A stretch of 48,478 bases of DNA, filler included, from Guillardia theta CCMP2712 (lineage: Eukaryota; Protista; Cryptophyta): NCBI RefSeq assembly GCF_000315625.1. It is 3 parts of 3 records of this genome, joined end to end, with 100 filler letters (N's around TTAATTAATTAA, not from the genome) between each part and the next. Parts side by side here need not be neighbours in the genome. Positions count along the whole stretch, not along the records: positions 14,936 to 38,424 come from NW_005434366.1; positions 38,525 to 48,478 come from NW_005434645.1; 1 more part is not named here. One strand, given 5' to 3'. Under the pieces are notes generated by a model. That model had not been told where the DNA came from and did not search any database. It saw only the letters and a list, made by a program, of their open reading frames with translations. Made by a program: the position numbers and the translations under genes. Numbering within the stretch: the first letter of the stretch is position 1; the number at the start of each line of letters is the position of its first letter. This document shows, piece by piece, positions 33,526 to 45,131 of this stretch.

Positions 33526-35753
33526 AGGGTTTAGGGTTTAGGAGGCGCCGGTTATTTCAGGCACCATGGCTGCACGCGTGGTGTAGGGGAAGCCGCCAGG
33601 GCGCCAAGGAAGCTGCAAGCGAGAGGTTTGTATAGTTTATCAGCTTTCTAAGTATGGTTCTTCAGTATGATGAAAATGTTCGAAGTTCGCAACCTGCTGT
33701 ATCGGAGATCATGCCAATACACGCAGAGCGGACTTGTGAATGCCTCTGTCCTCGAAGCTGATCTCGTCGAGAGGGTGAAGAGCTTCGCGAAGCGTTATCC
33801 GAACAGCAGGACAGCCCAGGCTTGCAAGGCTGTGGAGGGATGCACCCCCGACGCTATCGCAGAAGCCATCCGCTCGACATGTCAGCAGGCACGACGTGAG
33901 CTTCTGCAAGAAGCAATGACTGGATGGAGTGACGCATCCAACGAGGTGACTTCCTTCATCTCCATGACTCTCCTGGGCATCTCCTCGGTGTATGTCAACC
34001 ATGAAGAGAAGCTGAAGAAGAAATTCGAAGAGATCGGACTGATCGTAGACTCAGTGCAAGAGAGTAAAGCAATCATGTGGAAGGCTCCGTATAGACCCGA
34101 GATGGCGAGTGCTGATGAGATCCCGGTGACTTCCTCCGCAATGCACAAGCGGAGAAGCTCTGGCAGGGAAGAGAGGACTTCGCGATCGATGGTCGCAAGT
34201 TCACAGCTGTACATGTGAGCATCGTGCAGCATGACAACAGCAGAGATTGCTGACGTCTACCGCTATCAGCTGCTGGGCCAGTCCCTTGCAGCGGTCCAAC
34301 TCCAGCGGCCGCTGGCAGGCATGCTGGTTAGGCCAGCAAGAGGCTTCGTCGCTGTAGGGGCCAACGTCATCTGGAGACAGAGGGAGGTGGAGTGGATCGT
34401 CTCCTCGAGCTGCCCAGAGGCGAATGATACAGCCTCGGCATTTCGAGCTTTCCGAGAGAGCGAAGCGATGAGTCGAGCTGAGCTGACAGCTGATCGCTTT
34501 GTGTCCAGAAACAAGTTGAAGAAGGCATCAAGGATGCAGAAGAAGGCAGGCGGCAAGGACGGCAAGGAGATCAAGATCATCATCAAGTCTCGCTTCACGA
34601 GGAAGGAGATGGAGGGGCTGTGCAACGGCGGCAACACGTCCATCGCAAGAGTCAAGAGAGTCTTGTTGGAGATCGCTAACAGGCTCGAGATCAAAGTTGA
34701 AGGCATCGACATGGAGGAGGATTTGAACACGGGTCCCAGCTATGCATACTCCTCGGCTCCACGGAGGATGCTCGACGCATGATGAAAGAGCTGCCCTCAG
34801 TTCTATCTCGAAGGCGCAGCAACCAAGCTCGAAGCAGTCACGGACCCGGCGGCTTCGACATGGAGCCTGAGGCAGCTGGTCAGCGGGGCACCAGCGACGC
34901 AGCGCAGCGACAGGAGGAGAGCGAGGGAGAGTGGCTGGAGTTTACAGACCTGGAGAGGATCACAATGGAGGCAGCATCTCCTTCAAGCCAAGAGGACATG
35001 CAGCTCGTCAGCGAGCTGTCAGCAGTCATCGAAGATGAGACGGGGACGAGCGAGCCAATCAAGCTGGTCCTGGACAAGGCTGTTGGCAACCTCCACGACA
35101 CCTTCTACTCTCCGGGGAGCCTGGAGTTCATGTCGCTGGGAGAGTGGGCGAAGACGCCAGAGGAGCAGGGAGTGGGACGCAACGTTCTCAAGGAGAAGCT
35201 GGGGGAGTGGCTGCAGAGCAAGCGCTGGACTCGCGTGCAAGGAGAGAGCAAGAAGGCAAGGAGGGGCAGCGCGTTCTCGCCACGGGCAACGGCAGCTGCT
35301 GAGCTTGAGCAGCCTGGAGGCGGAGAGCGACGACATAGAGCGTCGATCTCTTAGCTTCCTGTTCATAGCACTGAGTAAATTCGCAGAGATGCATGTGCTG
35401 GCCTGCTCGCTGAAGGTGGACAACTTGCAAGAAGGACCGGCGACTGCGGGTGGAGATGAGGGAAGATGATGAAGAAGAGGAAGACATGTCATGGAAGAAG
35501 AGCAAGGCGAGGGCGAGGAGACAACACGGCGAAGTCGAAGAGCAACCGACGAGCCAGCAAGGTAGGCAAGGTAAGGAGAGAAGGTAGGACTCCGGGAGGC
35601 AACCGAAGGCCAAGGGGAGGAGAGGCAACTCTTCTGACTGAGGCTGAGGAAGCTGAACAGAGGAGAAGTGTGAGGGCTGATAAGCAGCTTGAACAACATT
35701 CTAGCATTCTAATAAACTCACATAATAATAATAATAATCATAGGGTTTAGGGT
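33526..35753 (+). mobile_element. Possible insertion or retro-copy: three consecutive unknown ORFs (33667-34218, 34231-34782, 34779-35354), AATAAA plus (TAA)n tail, flanked by AGGGTTTAGGGT direct repeats
   Basis: AGGGTTTAGGGT at 33526-33537 and 35742-35753; AATAAA 35711-35716; (TAA)6 ~35723-35740. No recognisable domain in the ORFs. Confidence 0.35.
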
Positions 35754-35760
35754 ATAGAGA

Positions 35761-36360
35761 TTCCTTATTTCCTGGCAGGTTCCTTATTTCCTGGCAGGTT
35801 CCTTATTTCCTGGCAGGTTCCTTATTTCCTGGCAGGTTCCTTATTTCCTGGCAGGTTCCTTATTTCCTGGCAGGTTCCTTATTTCCTGGCAGGTTCCTTA
35901 TTTCCTGGCAGGTTCCTTATTTCCTGGCAGGTTCCTTATTTCCTGGCAGGTTCCTTATTTCCTGGCAGGTTCCTTATTTCCTGGCAGGTTCCTTATTTCC
36001 TGGCAGGTTCCTTATTTCCTGGCAGGTTCCTTATTTCCTGGCAGGTTCCTTATTTCCTGGCAGGTTCCTTATTTCCTGGCAGGTTCCTTATTTCCTGGCA
36101 GGTTCCTTATTTCCTGGCAGGTTCCTTATTTCCTGGCAGGTTCCTTATTTCCTGGCAGGTTCCTTATTTCCTCAGGGCAGGTTCCTTATTTCCTGGCAGG
36201 TTCCTTATTTCCTGGCAGGTTCCTTATTTCCTGGCAGGTTCCTTATTTCCTGGCAGGTTCCTTATTTCCTGGCAGGTTCCTTATTTCCTGGCAGGTTCCT
36301 TATTTCCTGGCAGGTTCCTTATTTCCTGGCAGGTTCCTTATTTCCTGGCAGGTTCCTTAT
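35761..36360 (+). repeat. 19-bp tandem repeat (TTCCTTATTTCCTGGCAGG) x ~31
   Basis: Near-perfect copies with one variant at ~36170. Confidence 0.97.
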
Positions 36361-36369
36361 AGACTTACA

Positions 36370-38398
36370 AACCTTAGATACCCTCTGGACCAGAGCATTC
36401 AAAAGAGCTATGGGATTGAGCAAGAGTACAAGCAACGCTATCTTTCACCTACCTTGGGACAGAGGAGGCCTCCAACTCCCCCATCCAGCACCCATCTTGG
36501 GAAGGGCGGCGATTCGGTATCTAGAGAAAGAAACGAATAAGAAATGCAGGGTGGATGATGATATCAAAAGCAGTCTGATACACAAACTAACATCATGGTG
36601 CAACCAATGGGGGTGTCAAACAATAAACCAGCTACACGTTCTCTTTGAGTCTGCCCGATCTGATTTCTCGTTAGCGGAAAAAATGCAGACCACCATCAGT
36701 TGGGAAATGATTGAAAGCAAGATGAAACCGGGGACAATAGCCATCTTACACGACCTGGAGGACAAGATGCTCTCAGAAGAAAACTCCCTGCTGTCCGGAG
36801 AAAACTCCCTACCTACATCTCCTGCTCGGCAAGGCTGGGAGAGTTTTGCAAAGGCATGGAGACTACTGCCCCAAGTAGGCTTCCACTCCATGACAAGTGT
36901 CTTACCCGTCCCAGACACCGAGGGCATCTCCCTGCACCTGCCCATCCGACTCTGGCCATTCCCAAAGCAAAGGGAACAAGCAGAAGAAATCCTTGCACAA
37001 TATCTGCAAGCGAATGTCATCTGGGCAAAACTCGGACTTGAGCAGGCAGGAACAGGGAAGAGAAGAAGGCCAGCCAGGGAGGAGGGGAAGCCCCCAAACA
37101 AGACAAGGAAAGGAAAAAGGGAGGCTAGCCCACATTAACTTCAGCCACACAAGAAACTAGCCAGACCGGACCAAGGGAGAGAGGAGACGAATACGAAGGC
37201 TTGTACCCGGGTAATTTTGAGGCGGTGGCTCCAACATGACCCCACCTGTTATGATGAAGGAGGGAATCAGCAAGAAAGATTCAGCCACACTTCAAGCAAC
37301 ATACCTTTCAAAGTTCAAGGGAACATAGCCATCTTTGAGCGATCTCAAATTGAAGAAAGCAAGACCGTGGATCCACCAATAGAATGGTTGGAAGCGTCGC
37401 TGGACTCGGCTCCCTTCGCATCTGCAACAAGGGAAGAGGACGGTAATAACCGAAGAGACTGCAATCAAAGCATCCATCTGCTGCTGGAAATAGTTAATGC
37501 ATTGGACGACGGCGAAACAGAAGCTACAGCATGGTGGCAACAACTCGAGGAGGTAGTATCAGAGGTTCGCCAAGAAACAACACAACCATTGGCATACGAG
37601 TTTTTACAACATTTAGCAGAGATTACAGAATGCGACATCAGTACATTTCGTAACTGGCCTACCATACACACACATCCCCAGGCTCTGGGCAAAAAGAGAG
37701 CAAGGGAACTGCACAGAGTGGTGGTTTGGATGGACAAACAAAAGAGATTTCGTGAACAAATCCTGGATTTAATACATGTCATTCTGATAGGATGGAAGAA
37801 TAACATTGATGAGATACCAGAAGGTTTTGAAATTATCAGCCGGGTCCCGAAAGGCGCTCAAATAGCTTATGCAGCAAACTTCTTGCAAACAGGGAATAGG
37901 TGCTTGACGAAAACTGTAGAGGAGTTATGGATACTAGTTAGGCACACACTCCCAACACACTTACGAGACCAGCTCCAGGACAACATCCTCCCAACGTATG
38001 AGGAGCTGTGTAACAGACGAAGGGATCAGATCCAGCCGCGCAGCAATCATCAAGGCGGAAGGCATTTCACAGCAGCTATTGAAGGAGACATCACGCAGGG
38101 CAGAAAAAACAGATCCATGCGAATAGGATATGTTCTCCAACAAAAAGAGATGACGTCAGGAGGAGGGATGAAAATCAATGGGAAGTGCAGCATCATCCGA
38201 GCGAACACAATCGCAATTGGCTTACTTCTGCAACATGTCCTTGAGGAAGGAATACAGATCAAAAGGGGAAATCAAGTCACAATAATGTACCAGTCCACAC
38301 GTTTCCACCGCTTTATGACAAATACGTTGCGAATGGATACATGCGATACGAAGACGAACTGCTGGAGGACTTACATGATCGGTTACTCACTTGCATGA
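36370..38398 (+). mobile_element. 5'-truncated, interrupted non-LTR retrotransposon ORF remnant (RT thumb region to degenerate RNase H-like domain)
   Basis: IQKAMGL..AIFHLPWDRGGLQL resembles the LP...GGLGL motif just after LINE RT domains. C-terminal FTAAIEGD...IGYV...AIGLLL...VTIMYQS follows RNase HI topology without clear catalytic acids. Confidence 0.6.
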
Positions 38399-38884
38399 AG
38401 AAACTCGAAGGGAGGGGAATCAGGNNNNNNNNNNNNNNNNNNNNNNNNNNNNNNNNNNNNNNNNNNNNTTAATTAATTAANNNNNNNNNNNNNNNNNNNN
38501 NNNNNNNNNNNNNNNNNNNNNNNNAGAGAGAGAGAGGAGGAGGGAGGAGGAGAGGAGGAGAGGAGGAGAGAGAGGAGAGAGAGAGAGAGAGAGAGAGGAG
38601 GGAGGAGGAGGAGAGGAAGGGAAGAGGGGGGGGGGGGAGTGAAGAGAGGACGGAAAGGAGAGGGATTCCAAAGGTGGTGCGGAGGAAGAGAGGAGGGAAG
38701 GGCAGGAGGAGGAAGCGATCAAGTCGAGATGAAGTCATACCTGCTCCCTCAAGAGAGAGATCGTGATGGCACAGGTCCCTCGGCTTCTCCCTCCACACCT
38801 TAGAGTTGGAAACGCGACTCCTGTACTCCCTCCACGTCTCCTCCTCCTCCTGCGGCTTCAACCCCACTGCCCGGCGTATACCCA

Positions 38885-39607
38885 TCAGCATCGGCAAGGA
38901 AGCGCAGCCATGCCCTGGCACACAACCTGGTCCAGCTTGAAGTCGAAGAGTTGCGGGTCCTCGGGCTTTCTCCTCCTACCTGCTGCTCCTGCCATGATCG
39001 ACGTACCTTGGAAGATTAAGTCCATCAGGTCCAAGTCCTTGACCACGGACAGCAGGGGAGTCCCGTCGTGCGGGCAGGCGACTGTTGTCACCGTCCTCAC
39101 CCACCTGTCGCTGATGGCGTCGCTGTACTCGAGCTCACCGAACACGTCCTCCTCCTCCCTGTCCCTCCCGTGCTGGCTCAGCAGCTGCACAAGGGCCCTT
39201 GCGGTCAAGCCACCCATGCTGTGACCGAGGAGGTGGATTGGGCGCTCCTCGCTCCACTCCGGGTAGAGCCCCGGAAAGGTGCGACCATATCGCTCGTGCT
39301 TGTGCGCTTGGGAGTGTGCCCTCCCGTAGTCCACCCTTCCTCCCTTGATTTGATAGAAGAGTTCGACGGCTCTGTCCCAGACGGAGCTGAAGGGGCCGAC
39401 GGAAGCAGTGAGCACACGCAGCGATCCGTCTGCATCCATGAGCTCACTTGCAAGATCTTTCTGTGCTCCCCAGTAGAAGAACTTCCCTCTCATCTCCTCG
39501 CGGCTCCACCCGCCGAAGCCATGCACCAGAACTACCACCATGGCGCTCCCATCGCCGCTTCGTCTCTCACCATCGTGAACCTCGCTCATTTTTAACTTGG
39601 CGTACAA
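38885..39607 (-). CDS. Alpha/beta-hydrolase triacylglycerol lipase, similar to Staphylococcus/Geobacillus-type lipases (3' part runs into low-complexity sequence and a gap)
   Basis: VLVHGFGGW..YWG..ASVGPFSSVWDRAVELFYQIKGGRVDYGRAHS..H.RYGRTFPGLYPEW..IHLLGHSMGG..VTTVACPHDGT. Confidence 0.9.
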   Translation of the reverse strand: MYAKLKMSEVHDGERRSGDGSAMVVVLVHGFGGWSREEMRGKFFYWGAQKDLASELMDADGSLRVLTASVGPFSSVWDRAVELFYQIKGGRVDYGRAHSQAHKHERYGRTFPGLYPEWSEERPIHLLGHSMGGLTARALVQLLSQHGRDREEEDVFGELEYSDAISDRWVRTVTTVACPHDGTPLLSVVKDLDLMDLIFQGTSIMAGAAGRRRKPEDPQLFDFKLDQVVCQGMAALPCRC

Positions 39608-40114
39608 AGGTACTGTCTCTCACGTTCTTCGAACCTATCTTCTCAAGAAGACCAGCCGCCCTCCTCCTCCTCCTACTCTCCTCCTCTCCTCCTCCCCGCT
39701 TCCCTGGCACGCATTTCCTTGTCGGGGAACGGTTTTAAAAAAAATGTTCTGAACATCCCGTGAACCAGAAGGAAGGGGGGCACAGGTAGACACTATCCCG
39801 TAATTTACTAGTACCTCATTCGTGAAAAGTTTCGCCTTGCCCCCCTGTCTAATTCACCCCGTAGGACTCCCTGGTACAACACACTTTGTACCCCAGATTG
39901 TACTCATCGATCGCGATGGTAGGAGGAGAAGGAGACAAGCAGGCGCGGGGGACGCTTGTCGCCCGGTGAGGGAGGGAGAACATCATCGAGGTCAAGCATC
40001 TTTGTGCATCAGTAGAAAGTTCAGCCATCCCACTACCTTGGCGCAGTGAGAGCAGAAACATCTGAGGGGCGGTCCCTTGTTGCTGACCCTTCAAGGAGAT
40101 TCTGACCCAGCGCC

Positions 40115-41537
40115 ATGGGAGGCCCGGCAAGATTCAGGCGTGAAGATAACTCCGGCATGTCCATCGTGGAGAGAGTGTTCGGTCGGGAGGTTGAGCCAGC
40201 GCGCGAGCAAATGGCGACCAGGAAGCTGACTGAAGGGGAAAGGGAGATGTATGGATACAGAATAGCCGGCATGATCGATTTCTTCAGTTCAGAACAGAGC
40301 TTTCATAGCGCTCTCACCTCGGACATGCAGCATCTCAAGCTCCCAATGCCTCTCCAGAGCCTTGAAGCTTTCCTTCTCGACCTGACCAGCAAGGAGGGAG
40401 GGAGAGAAGAACAAGGGGCGGAAGAGGATGCGCTCTTGGCAGAGCAGCGGAGGAGGAGTGACTGGGTCTGTGGAGGATACGCCCAGCAAGCCCTGCTTCT
40501 CACCATCCACCTTGAAGGGCTACAAGACTGCCCTCAAGCACTTGCACTCGAGCCATGGCACCCCGTTCGAGGCTCAAGGCATGCTGGACTCGGAGTCGAC
40601 TTTGGATGACCTGATTGACAAGTAGGTGAGCCGCCATGCGCAGCTTCTTCCCGACGATGAGCCGCCATGGACCGTGTACACGCTGGACCTGGAGGGAACC
40701 GTGTCGGTGCAGGCGTACCTCACTCTGGACAGGCTGCTGCGGAACCTTGGGCCAGGGAACGGGAGCAACGGGACCGATGCCAGCTGGGTCTTCGGGTGGA
40801 CTTGCAGCACGATGCTATGGAATCTCCTGTACATGAAAGAGAGTCTTGACGACTTGATGCTGAAGGACTTCGACTGGGATAACGACTCCATGAGGTACAG
40901 GGTGACCAAGCACGTGTATGCGGCTCTGTACAGCCCTAAGTTGTGCTCGATACTGAGCGCTGCTCTGTTTACATTCTCCCAGAGCCGGCCGACCCCTTAG
41001 AACAATGACAAGTTCTTCCCGGGTCCAGACTGCAAGGCGAAGTTCGCATACATCTTTCAAGGCACCTTGGAGCAGGGGAGGGAGGAGCATCTGTGCATTC
41101 GCGACCTCCGCAAGGCCTCAAGTGCGTCCCTGCGGAAGGGAGGCTTGACTCTTCTACCCGGCCAGATGGACGGGCCAGATACCTCGCAACCTCTTCAGCG
41201 CATCCCTCCCAGTGACCATGGCCTGTGCAGGACCGTTCCGAGTCTAGCTACGGCACGGCGAACCATCCAACAGGTCCCTAGTGAAGACTTTGCTCCCGTC
41301 CTGCATCCTCCACTGACAGTTATTCTCCAGGGATCCGAGGGGTACCAGGCGTGTGGAAGGCTGCTCGCAGGGAACCCTTTCAGATCTACTGATTTCAGCC
41401 TCCTTCCCCCTCACCTGACGCAGCAGTGCCTGCGCAAGGTTGAAACCGTAGGGTGGAACAAGTTCGTGTTCCTTTCTTCCTCGCCAGGAGTGGTGGTGGA
41501 AAGCTCGGAGCGGCATAGGAGCTGCTATAGAGTGTGA
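40115..41537 (+). CDS. Hypothetical multi-exon protein
   Basis: Consecutive plus-strand ORF segments with coding-like composition joined by short intron-like gaps; no family recognised. Confidence 0.45.
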
Positions 41538-41937
41538 GTAGCCTCCCGAGAGAGAGACTGTCTAGAGTGCGAGGGCTACTGGATCAGAGCGTTGAGTAGA
41601 CTCGTACTACTGAGTACGGGGGTGCAGGCCCGATAGCGAGTTGCCCGGGGCCCGGGAGGCCATTTATAAGAATTTATGTATAACATTTCATAATGTTGTA
41701 TATCTGTCGGGGGATTGTACCCGCAGCACCCGCGACATGCACACCGACCATGGCGGAGAAAGATCGCGAGCGAGGAGAGGAAGGAGGAGAAGATAGAGAA
41801 GAACGTCAACATCAGCATCAACATCAACAAGGAGACGATGAAGGGGAGCTGAAGGAATAATGGAATGATTCCGGTGATAAACCTTTATCACCGTCCTCGT
41901 CAATAGCAGCTGATCTCCTGCACTTGACTCTTCTGGT

Positions 41938-43417
41938 ATGAGATCGACGATCTGGGTAGCCGTACTGCTAGCTGCTCTTGCCTTGTCAAGCTTGGCGGAA
42001 GACGACGAGGATAGGTGTGAGGCCATTGCGGGCCCGAGCGACGGAGAGGTCTTTGAGGATGGTAGCCCAGAGATCTTCTTCGCTGTCGGCGAGTGCTTCC
42101 GAGTGCCTGAGACGTACAACCAGGAGGTCAAGATCACGATTGAGCTCAGACCCAGCACGAGGGTGTACAACTTCAATGTGCTCGCTCCCGACCTCCAGCG
42201 GGGCCAGGACCTGAGACTCCCTGTCGCCCTCCCAGACGCGAGCTACGAAGGATTCGTCCGCATCGCTCCTCCGTACAACCTTGCCCTGAGCCTGCGCTTC
42301 ACGGTCGTGTCGAGCTCAAGGAAGCAGCTCAAGGTCGTGTTTCCTGTCCCCGGCTTCGCCTTCGGGTCGCTCTCAACCCCCTGGGTCCAGGTCCTCGTCA
42401 CCGATGACGCGCTGGCGTCGAAGGGGGTAAGGGAAGTGAACTATTTCCTGCAGCTCTCAGTGAACGGCCGGCCGCCCATGTCCATCCCGAGCCCCAACGG
42501 CCGGCGGATCGAGCTCGGGTCGGGCACGAGCATCGGCGAGAACAGGATCGAGCTTGAGGTCCTTGACATCCTCAGGCGACCCCTCGGCCTCTCCACCTCC
42601 TTCACTCTCAACATCTCCAGCAGCCCCGAAGACTCGTTCGCGTCTCCCCCCGGGTCCTTCAGCAGCGAGGAGCTGCACTGCGGCGGCGCCAGCGGCAGCT
42701 GCCGCTCCCCGGAGGACTGCTCGGGGCACGGGGAGTGCGGACGGGGAGGATACTGCGAGTGTGGCGGGGACTGGGCGGGGTACAGGTGCGAGCACAACAT
42801 GCTGTTCTCCCCCAGCTTCCTCCCCGAGAGCGACCCCCTGCTGTCTGAGAGCAGATGCCATGGAGCAAGCAGCAGGTGATGGGGAGGTAGGAGGGCCGGT
42901 CCGGCTGAGCCTTCACGCAGGCTCAAAGCCGTGGCTGACCTCCTGCAAAGCATGGGGAATGTTATGAACCCTGGGGAGTGCCAGGTGCATACCACGTTCG
43001 CAAGAACTTCGCGCTACTCCTCGCGCTGAACAAATCAGCTGGAGCCAACGAGAGAGCTGAGGGTGCGACGAGTAAGATGCAGGAGGGGCAGCAGCAGCAG
43101 CAGCAGCAGGGGGAGGAGGAAGCGGAGGAGGAGAAGGAGGAGGCTGCCCTGTCGCATCTTCATCCTGCTACCAGGAGGAGACTTAGGACGGTAGCATCTG
43201 ATCTCCTCGACCTCCCGATGTCTCGTCGCTCCTTCAACGGTAGCGAGCAGGAGGAGCTCGAGAAACTGAACGACTGGGACCTGGAGGGTCAAGTGCCGCA
43301 GGTGAGAGGAGGGGAGGGAAGAGGAGGGGACAGGGTATGGAGGGAGGCAGAAAGGAGAGGAGAGGAGAGTGGCGGAGGAATTTTACGGAGAGAGAGGGCA
43401 AGGGATGTAGGAGAGTT

Positions 43418-43460
<43 letters not shown>

Positions 43461-43461
43461 A

Positions 43462-43525
<64 letters not shown>

Positions 43526-43569
43526 CCACCAGTAGCAACAAGAGCAGCAGTAAGAGCAAGGGCAAGAGC

Positions 43570-43649
<80 letters not shown>

Positions 43650-44582
43650 AGGAGCAAGGAGCAAGGAGCAAGGAGGAGGAGGGGCAGGAGAATTTATGCA
43701 CTGCTCGAAGGTTCTCCGTCCCCCAAAGAGCATCGGGAAGACGGTTGGGGTCCTGTGGTGGAATTCTTTCCTCACAGAGCAGATCCTGAGGCCCAGCCGT
43801 TTCCTGGACGCCCACCTCCGCCATGCACGAAACGCGGTGGGGTAGCGCCAGCTCGTCTCGAGAGGCTCCTCACCTGCTACCGCAGGTCAACTTCCAGCAC
43901 CCTATCCTCGGCATCCACGTGCGACACGGGGACGCCTGCAGTGACTGGAGTCGTCCGAGGGCATGTAGAGGACTGTCGGAGTACGTGGAGGCGGCGGAGG
44001 AGATGAGGAGGAGGTGGGCTCGCTGCTGTTCCGCTGCTTCCGTCATGCTGCGTCAGGTACGGCGTTACAAGGATATTCCTCGCCACAGACTCGGAGGATG
44101 TGAAGCGAGAGTTCGAGGTGCTCTCTCCCTCCCTCCCTCGCTCTCCTCCCTCTCTCTCACCTCCTCCCCTCGTGCTTCCTCCTCCCTCCCTCCTTGCGTC
44201 TGCTCTGCTCTGTTGTGCTCTCCTCTCCCCTACTCCCCTCCTCTACCCTCCCGTTCCCTTTTCTGCTCTTCTCTCCTCTGCTCTCGCCCTCCCTCACCCT
44301 GTGACACGCTGAAAATTCAACGCAGCGCCTGCCCAACTTCTCCGTGACGAGCTTGCCCGGCCTTGACCGCCAGACGTTTCACTCGGACCTTTACATCGAG
44401 TTTCGTGTCCAGATGAAGATCGTGGACAGGAAGACGGTCAGGCGATTCGTCTCCTGCTCCTGCTGCTCCTGCTCTTGCTCCTGCTCCTGCTCCTCCTGCT
44501 CCTCCTGCTCCTCCTGACTGAACTTACCAGGTCACCCACTCGTCCTTCCTTGACCTGTACGTGCAAACATCTCCTGACCTTG

Positions 44583-44668
<86 letters not shown>

Positions 44669-45060
44669 ATCCTCCTCTTCCCTAGTTAATCCTCTGTTCA
44701 GCTTCCTGCTGGCCCAGTGCGACTACTTCGTTGGGACCCTCAGCAGCGCCTTCAGCTCTGTCGTCCTGGAGCTGAGCATAGCACGTGAGGGAGAGGTGGA
44801 GGGAGGGGGAACGAGGACGATGCCACGGGGGCTATGTACCATGATGTTATGCACGATGGTGGTGGTGGTGGTGGTGGTGGTGGTGGTGGTGGTGGTTGTG
44901 GTGATGATGGTGATGATGATGATGATGAGGAGGAGGAGGAGACAGAGGCAGGCGGGTAGAGGAGGAAGGCAATGACGATGGTTCACAGAGAAAGGATACT
45001 ACCCTCCCTTCATCTCCCTCGACATTCCTTGGAGGCCTTTCCGTCCCTTCGAGCCTCATC
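41938..45060 (+). CDS. Secreted/Golgi protein with an EGF-like domain and an alpha-1,6-fucosyltransferase-like (GT23/FUT8/NodZ) domain; multi-exon
   Basis: Signal peptide MRSTIWVAVLLAALALSSLA; EGF CSGHGEC..GYCECGGDWAGYRCE; GT23 motifs PILGIHVRHGDAC and LLAQCDYFVGTLSSAFS..LEL. Confidence 0.75.
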
Positions 45061-45131
45061 CTTACCTGAGCATGCAGCATCTCGTAAGAGATTAACGCAT
45101 TTCATTTATTCTTTGCGGCAGATTCTTAAAG

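Noticed and set aside
33667-35354. Fanzor/TnpB, virophage or Polinton-like virus genes
   Set aside because: No RuvC or zinc-finger pattern, capsid, packaging ATPase, integrase or polymerase motifs and no terminal inverted repeats were recognisable by eye.
43290-44990. Poly-L, poly-AP, poly-CS, QE and RS repeat ORFs, and similar ORFs at 1-2300, 11300-11650 and 12986-13210
   Set aside because: Translations of intronic microsatellites such as (GGAGCA)n, (GGT)n and (CCT)n.
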